A DNA stretch of 64,000 nt from Candidatus Omnitrophota bacterium (GCA_023247705.1 JAHFFY010000009.1:1688-65687); one strand, 5' to 3'. Numbered from the stretch's first letter, positions 1-10,853 are shown. The notes: generated by a model from the sequence alone, not told the origin. Translations and numbers: made by a program.

Positions 1-461
1 AGAACTTCGAGGCTTCTTAACCATAAAGGGAATAAAAGAAGTGGGATGAAAAGAATAAAAGAGATTAAAAGGACGACCAGGCCGTAACTTGTTTGTAAGA
101 TATGCTGAATAATCTGCCAATGATTATGAACAAGAAATCTTATTCCCTCCACCGTTAGAAATTGATGAATCGTTGTAAACAATTCCCAGCTGATCGCATA
201 CAGGATAAAAAATGCGTTAAAAGCGATCGCAGAAATCCAACAAGCAATCCTGGCTTTGGCCCTGACCAAAGTGACAAGAATTAAAAAAAACAGAATATTA
301 AACGAGCAATTCAACAAAAAAAGATGCAGCTTACTTGTCAGCGGGATGGGATGGAAAAACAAGGAATATTCATGATTCTTAAAACTCAGGATAAGATCAG
401 TGAAGCTTAAAATCCCGGCAAAAAAACAAGCAATCAAAAAAATTGGCTGGATTTTCTTCAT
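1..461 (-). CDS. hypothetical polytopic membrane protein; partial, C-terminus beyond the left window edge
   Basis: Manual minus-strand translation from the ATG at 461..459 gives MKKIQPIFLIACFFAGILSFTDLILSF... and stays open, with no stop, to position 1. The sequence is strongly hydrophobic with several predicted TM helices. It is absent from the supplied ORF track, presumably because there is no in-window stop. Confidence 0.35.
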   Translation of the reverse strand, partial: MKKIQPIFLIACFFAGILSFTDLILSFKNHEYSLFFHPIPLTSKLHLFLLNCSFNILFFLILVTLVRAKARIACWISAIAFNAFFILYAISWELFTTIHQFLTVEGIRFLVHNHWQIIQHILQTSYGLVVLLISFILFIPLLLFPLWLRSLEV

Positions 462-571
462 TTTTATCTCGCATCTTCTGCCATGATTAAATTTTCCCTT
501 TCCGACTTTTAATCTTACGCTGATTCTATAGGTGCTGTCGTGAGATTTGGAGTTCCGTTTACTCAATAAAA

Positions 572-1210
572 TTATTCAGGATATGTTTCGGATGAAATCA
601 AATTGCCATGCTCATCATAATTATTTTCACTGACGATCTTATAATCTTTATATTTTCCTTCTCTCTTAAGCTTGCCGTTTTCATAATATTCTTTATAAAA
701 ATCCACATATCGGCCATCTTGATAGTTCTCCTCCATGTAAAAATTCCCATCTTCATAGTATTCTTTACAGTACCCGTCCTTTTTTCCATTCTTATAATTC
801 TTTACGGTCCAAACATTGCCGTTTTCATAATATTCCGTGGAAACCCCGTTAAATTTATCATTGATATAATTCCGCTCTGCTTGTAATTTCCCGCTCTTAT
901 AATATCTTTTTGAAATACCTTCTAATTTACCGTCGTGATACCGCCATTCATGACTGATGGACTGGTTCCCAAAATAAATCTTTGAAATCCCATTTAACTT
1001 TCCATTTTGATAACTCCACTCCGCCTTTAATTTTCCATCCAACGTATATTCTTTATGAATATCGCCTTTTTGTTCTTCCGCGTATACTTTAGTGGAAATT
1101 GACATCAAGTAAAAGGTCAAGATCAATATTCTTAGGTTGATTAAGGAATTCCCATCGATTGACTTTTGAGGCGGCCGGGAAATATATAATCTCAATCTCT
1201 GTAATGTCAT
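572..1210 (-). CDS. MORN-repeat-variant (YwqK-family-like) protein with N-terminal signal/anchor
   Basis: Repeated Y.NGKL.G....Y/W..G.L.G units (EWSYQNGKLNGISKIYF, EWRYHDGKLEGISKRYY, YYENGNVWTVKNYKNGKKDGYCKEYYEDG) are typical of the MORN variant / YwqK antitoxin-like family. There is a hydrophobic N-terminal segment (LINLRILILTFYLMSIS). Confidence 0.6.
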   Translation of the reverse strand: MTLQRLRLYISRPPQKSIDGNSLINLRILILTFYLMSISTKVYAEEQKGDIHKEYTLDGKLKAEWSYQNGKLNGISKIYFGNQSISHEWRYHDGKLEGISKRYYKSGKLQAERNYINDKFNGVSTEYYENGNVWTVKNYKNGKKDGYCKEYYEDGNFYMEENYQDGRYVDFYKEYYENGKLKREGKYKDYKIVSENNYDEHGNLISSETYPE

Positions 1211-1279
1211 TTGCTCACTAAATAAATTTTTTTAATAATTGTAATACGATTTGAATAATAATTGGTATTATTAATTATT

Positions 1280-4200
1280 ATGTCTTTGACTCTTAAAAAA
1301 GATAAGAACCTGTTTATTTTTTTGCCGGCAATCCTCATATCCGGCGCCCAATTAATCTTCTACCCTCTTTTTTTGATCCTTTACGGGAATCTAGGTTTAA
1401 CGGCGACCATCTTACTTATTATGGTTTTCTTAAGTATGGTCATGGGAGAAGCTAGAATCATTCCTCTTCAGATCATCCGCCGCATCAGTTTAATTCTGGG
1501 AAGCGCATTAATCCTGCTGGGAATATCTTTTTCAAACTCAATCTTATTTTTTATAAAAATTCCCCTTATCCGCTTTGGCATAACGGCGTTGCTTTTCTTA
1601 TTTCTATTTACCTGCGGACAAATGCTTTTTGTAGGAGTATACCATCAAAACAAATTCCACAAAAACTATATCATGATTAATGGACTCTCCTTTGTCATGG
1701 TTTTAGTCTGGACGCTCTTAGTTCCCCGAATCGGGTTAGACCATTGTTTAACCATGATCGGTCTAGTTTTATTGTTCATAACCTTATCTCAAGAAAAAAA
1801 AATGCCCTACCTCTGCGCACCGACAAACCATCATTCCCCAGAGCAGGAATCCTTGGCAACAGTTATTCGGCTTCCTTATTGTCCCCAGAGCGGCATTGAA
1901 AAGAAAAAGATCAATGAGAGCAGAAAATCTATTATTCTTGGATTTATCGCGGCAGGATACATTAGTTGTTATTTTCAAACCATTTACTTAGCAATCTTCC
2001 CTAATGGATATGAGTTCAACACCTATCTCTCTTTAAGCTTTTTGCTTTTGGCCATATCAACCGGCCTTTATAAAAAATTGGTCAAAGCAAATATGATTTT
2101 ATCAGCCGAGTTTATAGTTTATCTCGGTATAAATTTTGCTATTTTTATTTTCATAATCTTTTTCGGTGGGCAGACTTCTGACGGGTTCTTTCTTGATCCC
2201 TTATCCATATTCAATCGTGTTCCCCGAATATTCTCCAACCCGATCGTTTATTCACTCATCTTTTCTTGTTTTCTGATGCTTCCTTATGTATTTTTCGCCG
2301 CGATTATTCCAGCGCAGGAAACGACCCGGGAAGGAATCAATCATTTATTCTTCTGCAGCATCGGAAATCTTTTAGGATTAATTGTATTCGGCCTCTTCTT
2401 CATCGATTTTGGGATTCATATTAAGCTGATCATACTTGGTTGTACGGTAGGTGTTGTCTTATTTTTACGCTATGGCGTAAAATCAAAATTAGCGTTGGCC
2501 GCGACGATCTTCTTGTTGATGTTAGTGATGAACTTACCGGCTAACCTGGATCAAAGAATTACAGTACAAGGTCAAAGAGCCTTCTTGGGGCAAAGATTGA
2601 TCCTGCAACAGAACCAACCGCATTCCGTGGGGCTCATTCAAAATTTTTTCAAGAAATGGGGTGAGGCAGGATATCTTTTCAATAATCATTACACCTTGCG
2701 CCTCGGTTTTGGAGGTTATAGCACCGCTTCAAATAATATGCATGACCTACAACACGCCCTAACAACGAGAGAACTTATAAATACCAAAACAAAAAACATC
2801 CTCTTTTTAGGATTGGGCAACGAAATCATCTTACAACAGGTCTATGCAAAATTGAACTTTTTGGGAATTAACGATTTTAAAATCGATATTGTCGATAATT
2901 TTTCGCCTCTTTTGATCCCGAAATTCCGATCCGCCATGGAAAAGGACCTCGGGTTTAAACTGGAGGACCCGCGGATCAAATTATATTACGCCGATGCTTT
3001 TCAATATCTTTTATTCAACCATCGACAACCGTATGATCTCATCGTATGGAATTTATCGATCCCCGCTTATACCTCTTCAGCGTTTCTTCACACTCAGGAG
3101 ATGGGACGGTTGCTTGCGCAGGCCTTAACTAAAGAAGGCTATCTGGCTGGAAGATATTTGATCCCTGATCAAATCAACTGTTCGCTGATGAGTTCTTTTA
3201 ATTCCTATTCTTCTTATCCCAGTTCTTATTATTGTCCTTATAGTTCTCTGATCGCCACAAACGGAACAAATTTTTTAAAGCCCATGTTAGGAAACCGAAA
3301 CGGACCGCCATTCCCGTGTGACGAGAAGAACAAAATCGGTCTCAGAAATTATATCATTACGCCTCACTTAGGACCTTTCTGCATAGAGGACCGCGTTTCT
3401 TTCTTTGAAAAAAATAAAAATTCTTTCAAGCAAGATAAAGAGATGCTCAAAACGATCACAGAATCCCCGGAATCAGTGCGTTTATTGGCGGCCAGACTTA
3501 ACATTGGATTTCCTTTTATTTCTATTGTGCCGCTGACCGGTCCTTGGAAAGATTACGGTTTGGAATTTCTGACCGCTGTAAACATTTTCAGAGAAACGCA
3601 AGGAAAGTCGGATATTGATTTTCGATCGCTGGAGAAACAGTTGTATCCAGTTATAATCGATTCAGGAAGTAACGCAAGAGTCGGCCTCCGCTATCATGCA
3701 ATGCTGCAAATGGAACTGCGAAATAAAGCGTTTTATTTCATGCCATTTATGCCGGATCTTTCGACAAGTTCAGAAAATTCATTCTCCTTGATCTCCTTTA
3801 GACAAGACATGAAGGAACTGACCTTCAATGTCTTCCCGATGAATCCCAATTTGCAGGCATCTGTTTCTTCGCTTTTTCCATCTTTAAAAGGATTCCAGGA
3901 TCTGATTTCTGACGTGATCGGTCAAACGCGGAATGTTTACGTCTTAAAAAATAAATCCAACCCCTTGACTGATCATTTGCGATCGATCCTGAATGTCCAG
4001 GCCATCCATCCCTCATTTATCGTGCAAGACATTAAAGAAATCTCCTCCTTAGAAGAAAACATCTCGTCCAACGACCTATTCATTATCCCGATAGAGAAAT
4101 TAATTGATCTGCCCGACATGGATTTCAGAGAAGATATCTCCGAGATGAAAAAACTTATCATTGTAACCGGACCGGAAACGTATGATTTTGCGAATCTGCC

Positions 4201-4591
4201 CCCATCAAAGAATACCGCTTTTCTATTTTTTTGGCATCCTGCGATCAACTATTCGGCCGATAACGCCTTTGATTCGTGCCATTTCGCTCAATTATACCGG
4301 GAAGAAACCGGGCGCCTCCCCTCTTATATTTCAGCATTGACCTACGGAGCCCTTGTATCGCTTTCCAAGGCTGTTAAAAATTTTAACCTCAATGATTCTT
4401 CAAATGGGGTCAGCTTTAACACGATGATAAAGAATAAAATCCCTCAACTGGCAAGAGATCCTGTTATTCTTTATTTTGATGCAACAGGTTATGGTCAAAT
4501 TTGGATTGCGAAAAACCAAGAGATTTGTGCCGATGAGAAAGAAAACATTAGTTCGAGATTTGAGATAAAAAAATATGATCTTCGTTATTGA
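1280..4591 (+). CDS. fused polytopic membrane domain + spermidine-synthase-like domain protein with a long C-terminal extension (paralog 1)
   Basis: The ORF-track start at 1262 is TTG; the first ATG is at 1280 (MSLTLKKDKN...). The N-terminal ~470 aa is multi-TM. The central segment (ILFLGLGNEIILQQ ... DLIVWNLSIPAYTSSAFLHTQEMGRLLAQALTKEGYL) matches the aminopropyltransferase/spermidine-synthase fold pattern, but the acidic D-x-x-D position reads N. The ~500 aa C-terminal region is unassigned. Confidence 0.55.
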   Translation: MSLTLKKDKNLFIFLPAILISGAQLIFYPLFLILYGNLGLTATILLIMVFLSMVMGEARIIPLQIIRRISLILGSALILLGISFSNSILFFIKIPLIRFGITALLFLFLFTCGQMLFVGVYHQNKFHKNYIMINGLSFVMVLVWTLLVPRIGLDHCLTMIGLVLLFITLSQEKKMPYLCAPTNHHSPEQESLATVIRLPYCPQSGIEKKKINESRKSIILGFIAAGYISCYFQTIYLAIFPNGYEFNTYLSLSFLLLAISTGLYKKLVKANMILSAEFIVYLGINFAIFIFIIFFGGQTSDGFFLDPLSIFNRVPRIFSNPIVYSLIFSCFLMLPYVFFAAIIPAQETTREGINHLFFCSIGNLLGLIVFGLFFIDFGIHIKLIILGCTVGVVLFLRYGVKSKLALAATIFLLMLVMNLPANLDQRITVQGQRAFLGQRLILQQNQPHSVGLIQNFFKKWGEAGYLFNNHYTLRLGFGGYSTASNNMHDLQHALTTRELINTKTKNILFLGLGNEIILQQVYAKLNFLGINDFKIDIVDNFSPLLIPKFRSAMEKDLGFKLEDPRIKLYYADAFQYLLFNHRQPYDLIVWNLSIPAYTSSAFLHTQEMGRLLAQALTKEGYLAGRYLIPDQINCSLMSSFNSYSSYPSSYYCPYSSLIATNGTNFLKPMLGNRNGPPFPCDEKNKIGLRNYIITPHLGPFCIEDRVSFFEKNKNSFKQDKEMLKTITESPESVRLLAARLNIGFPFISIVPLTGPWKDYGLEFLTAVNIFRETQGKSDIDFRSLEKQLYPVIIDSGSNARVGLRYHAMLQMELRNKAFYFMPFMPDLSTSSENSFSLISFRQDMKELTFNVFPMNPNLQASVSSLFPSLKGFQDLISDVIGQTRNVYVLKNKSNPLTDHLRSILNVQAIHPSFIVQDIKEISSLEENISSNDLFIIPIEKLIDLPDMDFREDISEMKKLIIVTGPETYDFANLPPSKNTAFLFFWHPAINYSADNAFDSCHFAQLYREETGRLPSYISALTYGALVSLSKAVKNFNLNDSSNGVSFNTMIKNKIPQLARDPVILYFDATGYGQIWIAKNQEICADEKENISSRFEIKKYDLRY

Positions 4592-4638
4592 ACTTCCTTC
4601 TAACTAATAACTGAAACTAAGACAGGAAAATAGGTCAT

Positions 4639-5868
4639 TTGTCACCTCGATCAAAAAAAAAATTTTTAACAATCACTTCCATCGCGTTTCTCCTAATCGG
4701 GATCTATATTTTAAAATCCTGCCAAGCTCAAAACAATAAAAAAATACTGATTGCGACTTCCCTGACCGGGCCTAATGCTAAAATCGGGACCAACATTGTT
4801 CAAGCCATTCAACTCTTCCTTAAGCTTCATCATCTGGAAAATTGGCGACTTGTAACCATGGACTCCCAAAGCAACGATCGGCTAAATGCCGAGCAGACCT
4901 TCCAACTTTATCAAAAGGCATCCTCGCATTCTATTCTTTTTGGACCTCGAGGAACGAAAGCAAGCCTGGAATTTATCAAGCTTTGCTCTCAACAAATTTC
5001 ACCTCAAAACAACCGGTTCATCTTCCTTAATCAAGTGACGGCCTCTCCCATTTTTAACCATTATTTCAACAGTTTATCGACTTTTATTTCATCACAAAAT
5101 TATCTCGCTGGAGTTCTTTATCTTCTGAAGAAAAAAGTTGGAACCCCGGGAAGAATTCATATTCTGCGGTTAAAAGATATCCCTTACTTTGAGGACATGG
5201 TCATGGCTCTAAAAAAAGAGATGAAAAAACTCGACCTTAATCAGGGCAAGGAAATATTTTTTTCTCTTCAGGATGACCGCGCTTCCCTTAATGATTTCTT
5301 ATCGAAAAATGTTCAAGAAAACGATTGGCTTGTTATTCTCGACTATGGACCGCAGCATTATATTTCTCATCAAATGAACCCGGTCTTCTCAAAGGCGCTT
5401 AAAATTTTCGTTTATGGACAAATGCCCTCAAATCAAATTTCTTCACAAGAGAAAGAGACATTTTTAAACAGTCTTCAAGTATTAACCTGGCTTCCCCATC
5501 TTGATTATTCGTCTCAAGGGACGATAAACAATTGCCATTTTTCAAAAAAATTTGAAGAAGCCTTCGCTCACCCTCCTGATTTTCATGCCGCTTATATCTT
5601 TTCCACGTTAGAAGCAGACGAGACACTACGCAACAGCACACCTTCTCCTCAAAACCGAATGAAGCAAATTGAACAAAGGGAAGTAAAAACGATTGTCGGA
5701 ACAGTTCGATGGGATAAGGAGGGAACAAGAATCAATGGCTTTCCTGCATTATTGCTTATTGACCGCAATGGACAAAAAACACTTTATGAGCATGACCAAA
5801 ATACGCTTCAATGGTGTTCCGATGAAAATGCCGACACTTCAATTCCGATTCTTCCCATCCCCAAGTAA
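4639..5868 (+). CDS. periplasmic substrate-binding-protein-like (type-1 PBP, Liv-like) lipoprotein or secreted protein
   Basis: TTG start, then a signal peptide FLLIGIYILKSCQA. This is followed by ILIATSLTGPNAKIGTNIVQAIQLFLK, which resembles the N-terminal motif of ABC branched-chain amino-acid binding proteins. Size is 409 aa. Confidence 0.5.
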   Translation: MSPRSKKKFLTITSIAFLLIGIYILKSCQAQNNKKILIATSLTGPNAKIGTNIVQAIQLFLKLHHLENWRLVTMDSQSNDRLNAEQTFQLYQKASSHSILFGPRGTKASLEFIKLCSQQISPQNNRFIFLNQVTASPIFNHYFNSLSTFISSQNYLAGVLYLLKKKVGTPGRIHILRLKDIPYFEDMVMALKKEMKKLDLNQGKEIFFSLQDDRASLNDFLSKNVQENDWLVILDYGPQHYISHQMNPVFSKALKIFVYGQMPSNQISSQEKETFLNSLQVLTWLPHLDYSSQGTINNCHFSKKFEEAFAHPPDFHAAYIFSTLEADETLRNSTPSPQNRMKQIEQREVKTIVGTVRWDKEGTRINGFPALLLIDRNGQKTLYEHDQNTLQWCSDENADTSIPILPIPK

Positions 5869-6054
5869 CTTAAGAACGGGTTTTAAAAAAGTCCCGACCC
5901 AAGCCATAAGCGCTTAAATAACTTAAAACGCCCGTCAGAAAAAATTTTTTCAAGCCAAAATTTAAGGCTAAAATCAGAGACAATATAGATGTTCATAAAA
6001 AAATCTAATTAACGTGAGTTCGATATAAGATGTGAATAAGGGCTAAATGACTCC

Positions 6055-8550
6055 CTAAATTTTAAGCTGATTTTTCAAGCCAATTATTATTCTCATGGCT
6101 AACAAATAACACATCACCCCACTTAAGAATGTTACCTTTAATCCCCAAGTTAAAGCCAATATCAAAGATAATGTCGAGCCTAATACAGAAAACGCTCCAT
6201 TGATTCCCCATGACCACGGGATTAATCGCTCTTCAATTGTTCCGATTATTCTCATTCCAATGGGAAGACACATGCCCATCAAGAATCCTATTGGGATAAT
6301 TGTTCCTATCGCCATTAAGATGCGGGACAACTTATTCAATCCCATCCATCCTATAAACTGGTCATAAATAAAAAGTACAATCAGCGCTCCCAAACTAATA
6401 ACTCCACCTAATATTAGCAAAAGTTTTCTGTTATTGTCTGCAGTTGACCAACGATAAGAAACTAAACTCCCTACCCCACTACTACATAAAAGACTACTTA
6501 ACACAACAGTAAAAGAATAGATCGGATGTCCTAAAAATACAGTCAAGCGTTGGATTAACGAAAGTTCAATCAACATATATCCCATTCCAATCGCCGCAAA
6601 ATATCCCAAGGCAGTGATCTTCAATGGATCCTTGTTGAATTGTTGTCCCTTCTTCCAATACAACGGAAGAACAATCACTAAAACACTAAACAAATTCACA
6701 AAGAACGCTGTTCCATATAAAATGGGCAAGGCAAACCGACGGGCGACCTGTTCTTCCATGTCAAGATGGAAGATATCTTTAAAACGTGTTGTAAAAAAAA
6801 AGAATGGCCAGTCATCCGTAGAAGGAGAAATATCTTTAGGATAAGAATGGATCGCGTCAGTGCTTGTTTTATTCCCCGAAGGATCACCCAGAATAAGTTT
6901 ACGGAATAAGTCAGCATATTCTGAGGGATCCATCTCTATTCCTGAAGAATTCCGATCCGGATTGGGATCACCAGCTAATTCCGAGGACGCAGGGGCAGAG
7001 AATTGTGGCGCATAGACAAAACTAAATTTCCCCTCTTTTGCATATTTTTCTAAAATATTTATTTCTTCAACAGTAAACAATCCATTCTTTAAAAGAACAG
7101 TTGCAAATTGTTGATCGCCGGCCGACTGGTTTAAAAGGACCAGTATCCTTTTGGGAACATCAGGAATACCAGCTTCTTTAAGATATTGAACGGCCATATT
7201 GGTTAAGCGCAACGTCTCGTCCCACGTGTAGTATAACGTCATGCTGAGCATTCCATCCGGCTTTAAGTGGGAAACATAATCCCTGATGGCTTCTTTGGTA
7301 TATAAATTATTTTCATTAAAGATGTACGCTCCGGCGGCCGCTGCTCCGCCGGCAAAACTATAAATCCGGTTGTTCTGAATAATATCGTATTGATTTCTGG
7401 AAGAGGCTACAAAATTTCTTCCTTCCTGAAGATAAAGGTGCACCTTGGGATGATCAAAAATGCGGCCAATATAATCGGCATAGCGTCCTTTAACCAATTC
7501 CACAATGGTTGGGTCAACTTCAACCGCCGTAATTGACTTCTGATTGAGAAGAAGTCCCCAAAGGACATCTCTCCCTCCCCCCACACCAATACTCAACACA
7601 TCCGCATGAGGTTTTAAAAGCTGAACAATTTGTTCCCCGGGAATCGTATTGATCATGTCAGTGATCTTTGAGAAATCCCCATCAAAACGGATCAGCCAAG
7701 TACTGGCGCTTTCATCGATCCCCACGCGCATATATTCAATCTTGCGATTCTGTCTTTCCCAATACTGAGGGGAAAATACGGCAATCCTCGATACCGGGGA
7801 CCATTGCTCAAAGACCTTCTGTCTCTCTGGTCTTTGAAAACTTCTTTGACCATAATTCTTCACCGCAACAATTTGCAAAATCCCCCAGCGGTCGTTTCCT
7901 AAAAACAGGATCAAATTAATAAAAAAAAGCCACTTTAATAATATTTTCAATCTTGGAGTATTCGAACGTAGAGAAAAGATCCAGCCAGCTCCCGTGGCCA
8001 ATACTGAAATTAAAAAAATAATTGCCATGGGACTGAAGTGATAAAGCAACAATACAACCAAAACGCTCCCCGCCCCCGCACCGACCAAATCAAAAAAATA
8101 GAGTTTGCCAATCTCTTCCTTATATCGCATGAACGCCAAGCTAATACACATCCCACCGCAAAAGAAAACGCAAAAAAAGAAAAATAACTGCAACCCCAAT
8201 ATCAAATAAAATTGTAAATGGTTAATAAAAAATTTTTCGAAATTCATGTAAAGATGAATAAATACGGCAAAAGGAGATAAAAGAGAAAAAAACAGAGCGG
8301 ATAAAGCGAGGGATCGTCCGGCAAAATCTTCTTTAGAAAATTTTTCAGAATACAAAAAACAGAATACAGCCGATGCCGCTGTTCCCAACATCGCCAAAGA
8401 AATCGCCAAAAAACCAAAGTAATACCATAAAGTGACGGCAAAAATTCGGGTTAAACAGATTTCATACAGAATTGTAGCTAAAGCAATGAACCCAACGCCA
8501 GAAAATATTAAAAGATTGGAACTTTTCCTTTTAAATTTCGAATCGTTCAT
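6055..8550 (-). CDS. fused MFS-like membrane domain + spermidine-synthase-like domain protein (paralog 2)
   Basis: The N-terminal ~250 aa is multi-TM. The segment VLSIGVGGGRDVLWGLLLNQKSITAVEVDPTIVELVKGRYADY...HPKVHLYLQEGRNFVA...YDIIQNN matches the spermidine synthase fold (GxGxG, then the D..I. block with D>N changes). Its start overlaps the cstA stop by 4 nt (8547-8550). Confidence 0.65.
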   Translation of the reverse strand: MNDSKFKRKSSNLLIFSGVGFIALATILYEICLTRIFAVTLWYYFGFLAISLAMLGTAASAVFCFLYSEKFSKEDFAGRSLALSALFFSLLSPFAVFIHLYMNFEKFFINHLQFYLILGLQLFFFFCVFFCGGMCISLAFMRYKEEIGKLYFFDLVGAGAGSVLVVLLLYHFSPMAIIFLISVLATGAGWIFSLRSNTPRLKILLKWLFFINLILFLGNDRWGILQIVAVKNYGQRSFQRPERQKVFEQWSPVSRIAVFSPQYWERQNRKIEYMRVGIDESASTWLIRFDGDFSKITDMINTIPGEQIVQLLKPHADVLSIGVGGGRDVLWGLLLNQKSITAVEVDPTIVELVKGRYADYIGRIFDHPKVHLYLQEGRNFVASSRNQYDIIQNNRIYSFAGGAAAAGAYIFNENNLYTKEAIRDYVSHLKPDGMLSMTLYYTWDETLRLTNMAVQYLKEAGIPDVPKRILVLLNQSAGDQQFATVLLKNGLFTVEEINILEKYAKEGKFSFVYAPQFSAPASSELAGDPNPDRNSSGIEMDPSEYADLFRKLILGDPSGNKTSTDAIHSYPKDISPSTDDWPFFFFTTRFKDIFHLDMEEQVARRFALPILYGTAFFVNLFSVLVIVLPLYWKKGQQFNKDPLKITALGYFAAIGMGYMLIELSLIQRLTVFLGHPIYSFTVVLSSLLCSSGVGSLVSYRWSTADNNRKLLLILGGVISLGALIVLFIYDQFIGWMGLNKLSRILMAIGTIIPIGFLMGMCLPIGMRIIGTIEERLIPWSWGINGAFSVLGSTLSLILALTWGLKVTFLSGVMCYLLAMRIIIGLKNQLKI

Positions 8551-10253
8551 GAATTTTTTGAAGCTATTGGAAAACTTGAAATTCTGTTTAATAGAAAGAA
8601 GTTCATTAATCCTTCAATAATTAAGAATACGGCAAGGATCAACAATATCCCGGCCGTCCCGCCTAAAGGATCAAAACCCTTCTCTCCTTTTAAGAAAACA
8701 TTAAGGATCCAAGGTTTAATAATAACCAACAATGACATAATGGCGACCACGGTCATAAAGCAGGCAGGCAAAAGCGTAACCCAAAATACTCTTTTCGTCC
8801 GAAATAACCATAAACTTAATCCCAAAAGAACAATCGCCGCTAGAAGCTGATTACTCGAACCAAAAACAGTCCAGAAAATTTTCCAGCTTGGAATCGTCAT
8901 TCCATTGGGATCTTTGATCGGATGAGTAAGAAAAACCAACGGTAAAATCAAGGTGATGGCGGTGGCGAGCACAGGGCTCCATCGGCCGCGCCAACCCGTT
9001 AATTCTTCGAAGATATAGCGTCCCAGACGGGTGGCCACATCCAACGTGTCATAAACAAACGTGGCAAACGCCAGCAGCGCGAAATTCAAAGCCAGTTCAC
9101 GATTAATCCCAAAGCTGCTTAAAAATAAAGCGATGCCATTAGCATAGATTTGATTTGGATCTTTTAAGGATTCCGTCTCCTGAGTCCCTAAGATCATCAA
9201 TGTTGTAAGAGCAATCACAGCGACAAAACTTTCCAGCAACATGCCGCCGTAACCAACAAGCCGCGCGTCCGGTTCGCGCGCGAGTTGTTTCGAGGTCGTT
9301 CCCGATGAAATCAGACAATGAAAACCCGAGCAAGCGCCGCAGGCCACCGTCGTGAAAAGAATCGGAAAAATGGGCAACCCTTGCGGGTTCGACCAGGATT
9401 TAAAAGCTGGATATTGAACTATAAAATGTTGGGAAAAAGTTCCAATCATAATCCCTAAAAAGCTTAATCCCGCCGTGAATGTAAGAAAAAATCCTCCTAA
9501 ATACCCTCGCGGTTGCAACAATAGCCAGACAGGCATGACCGCAGCTAGAAAACAATAAATCAATAACGTGATGTTCCAAGTGGTATGCAAATCACATCCC
9601 GGAAGACTGGGAATTTTGAGCGGAAGCAGCGGACCTAAATAGATGCATAAAAATATCATCGGCGTAAAAATCAATGTGGCCACCGATAAACGCAACGGGA
9701 ATAACCGCAGAATGATCCCCATGATCACCGCCAATAATAAATACATCATGGAAGCTGAGGCAACGCCCGCGCCTCTTGTCTCATCAACAAAAGTACTGCT
9801 GGTAATATCCGTGAAGGCGGTAATGATATATACGAGAGAAAACCACAGGAATAACAGAAATAAAACGAAAGCACGCCGTCCGATATTTTCTTTGATCACC
9901 TCAGCGATAGATTTTCCCTGATGCCTGATCGATGCGACCAAGGTCGCCATATCATGGACACCCCCGATCAATATGCCGCCCAAAATAATCCAGACGAACG
10001 TCGGCATCCAGCCAAACCACATCCCCGCCAAAATCGGCCCGACAATCGGGCCCGCGGCGGCAATCGCAGACAAATGCTGACCTAAAAGATAATATGGCTC
10101 GGCAGGGATAAAATCTTGATTATTCTCAAAAATGTGGGCTGGGGTCTTTTGATCGGCATTAAGTTGAAACAATCTGGTTAAAAACGCCCCATAGAAGAAA
10201 TAACCTAGCGTGAACAAAATAATTGAGAGGATAACGACAAAAATGATCGACAT
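8547..10253 (-). CDS. cstA: carbon starvation protein A (peptide/pyruvate transporter CstA family)
   Basis: The N-terminal signature is LGQHLSAIAAAGPIVGPILAGMWFGWMPTFVWIILGGILIGGVHDMATLVASIRHQGKSIAEV, and the whole 568-aa protein is polytopic. This is classic CstA. The gene sits 3 nt downstream of the preceding small ORF and overlaps the next gene by 4 nt, so it lies in an operon. Confidence 0.9.
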   Translation of the reverse strand: MSIIFVVILSIILFTLGYFFYGAFLTRLFQLNADQKTPAHIFENNQDFIPAEPYYLLGQHLSAIAAAGPIVGPILAGMWFGWMPTFVWIILGGILIGGVHDMATLVASIRHQGKSIAEVIKENIGRRAFVLFLLFLWFSLVYIITAFTDITSSTFVDETRGAGVASASMMYLLLAVIMGIILRLFPLRLSVATLIFTPMIFLCIYLGPLLPLKIPSLPGCDLHTTWNITLLIYCFLAAVMPVWLLLQPRGYLGGFFLTFTAGLSFLGIMIGTFSQHFIVQYPAFKSWSNPQGLPIFPILFTTVACGACSGFHCLISSGTTSKQLAREPDARLVGYGGMLLESFVAVIALTTLMILGTQETESLKDPNQIYANGIALFLSSFGINRELALNFALLAFATFVYDTLDVATRLGRYIFEELTGWRGRWSPVLATAITLILPLVFLTHPIKDPNGMTIPSWKIFWTVFGSSNQLLAAIVLLGLSLWLFRTKRVFWVTLLPACFMTVVAIMSLLVIIKPWILNVFLKGEKGFDPLGGTAGILLILAVFLIIEGLMNFFLLNRISSFPIASKNS

Positions 10254-10256
10254 TAT

Positions 10257-10685
10257 TTAGTTTTTCTTATCCGGCATCCGTTCGATCAAAACATTAATGC
10301 GGTCCAACAATTCTTTGCAAATAGAATCTTTTTCTCTGCTTTGAATCTTTCTTTTATGGCCGGTGACCAGAAACTCATCGATTTCTCTGATGATACGCTC
10401 AAAGGCCCCCACCATACTGTTCGATAAACGATAGGACCATACCAGGAGAAAAAACAGAAAAATCCACAAGATAACAATCACAGCGAAGATCTTTTGGGAG
10501 AAATCCCAATAACGCATCGTATCGGCAAAAGCAGCGTAACTTGTCAGCTGGTAATAAATCGTTCCCAAAAATGTGAATAGAATGAGAAAAAATAAAGTGC
10601 AGGGGAACAAAATAAAATTCACCAGGGGTTTTTCGTAACGATTTAACTTAAACGAAAAAAGTTTTCTTGGTCTTTGCTGAGCCAT
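10257..10685 (-). CDS. small two-TM membrane protein of unknown function, first gene of the cstA operon
   Basis: The ORF is 142 aa with two hydrophobic helices (FILFPCTLFFLILFTFLGTIYY; IFAVIVILWIFLFFLLVW) and a charged C-terminal tail. Its stop lies 3 nt before the cstA start. Confidence 0.45.
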   Translation of the reverse strand: MAQQRPRKLFSFKLNRYEKPLVNFILFPCTLFFLILFTFLGTIYYQLTSYAAFADTMRYWDFSQKIFAVIVILWIFLFFLLVWSYRLSNSMVGAFERIIREIDEFLVTGHKRKIQSREKDSICKELLDRINVLIERMPDKKN

Positions 10686-10853
10686 TTTTCCTTTTCCTTT
10701 CTTTTAATCGAATCTCCTATGATTTACCCTCATTTATTCAACCTTTTATTTCTTGATCCAGTTAAAGAGATGGTGAACCTCGCTAGGCTGCGGCCGTAAA
10801 AATAACCGTTAACACGCCATCATTAATTTAGCATATTTTTGCTTCAAATAAAC

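Noticed and set aside
608-886. Plus-strand ORF 608..886 (I/F-rich, 92 aa)
   Set aside because: It is antisense to the MORN-repeat gene 572..1210, and its extreme I/F composition is an artefact of the A/T-rich antisense strand.
5869-6054. Intrinsic terminator between the convergent genes 4639..5868 (+) and 6055..8550 (-)
   Set aside because: Only weak, short G/C stems next to A/T runs are visible (e.g. AACGGGTTTT). Nothing convincing enough to annotate.
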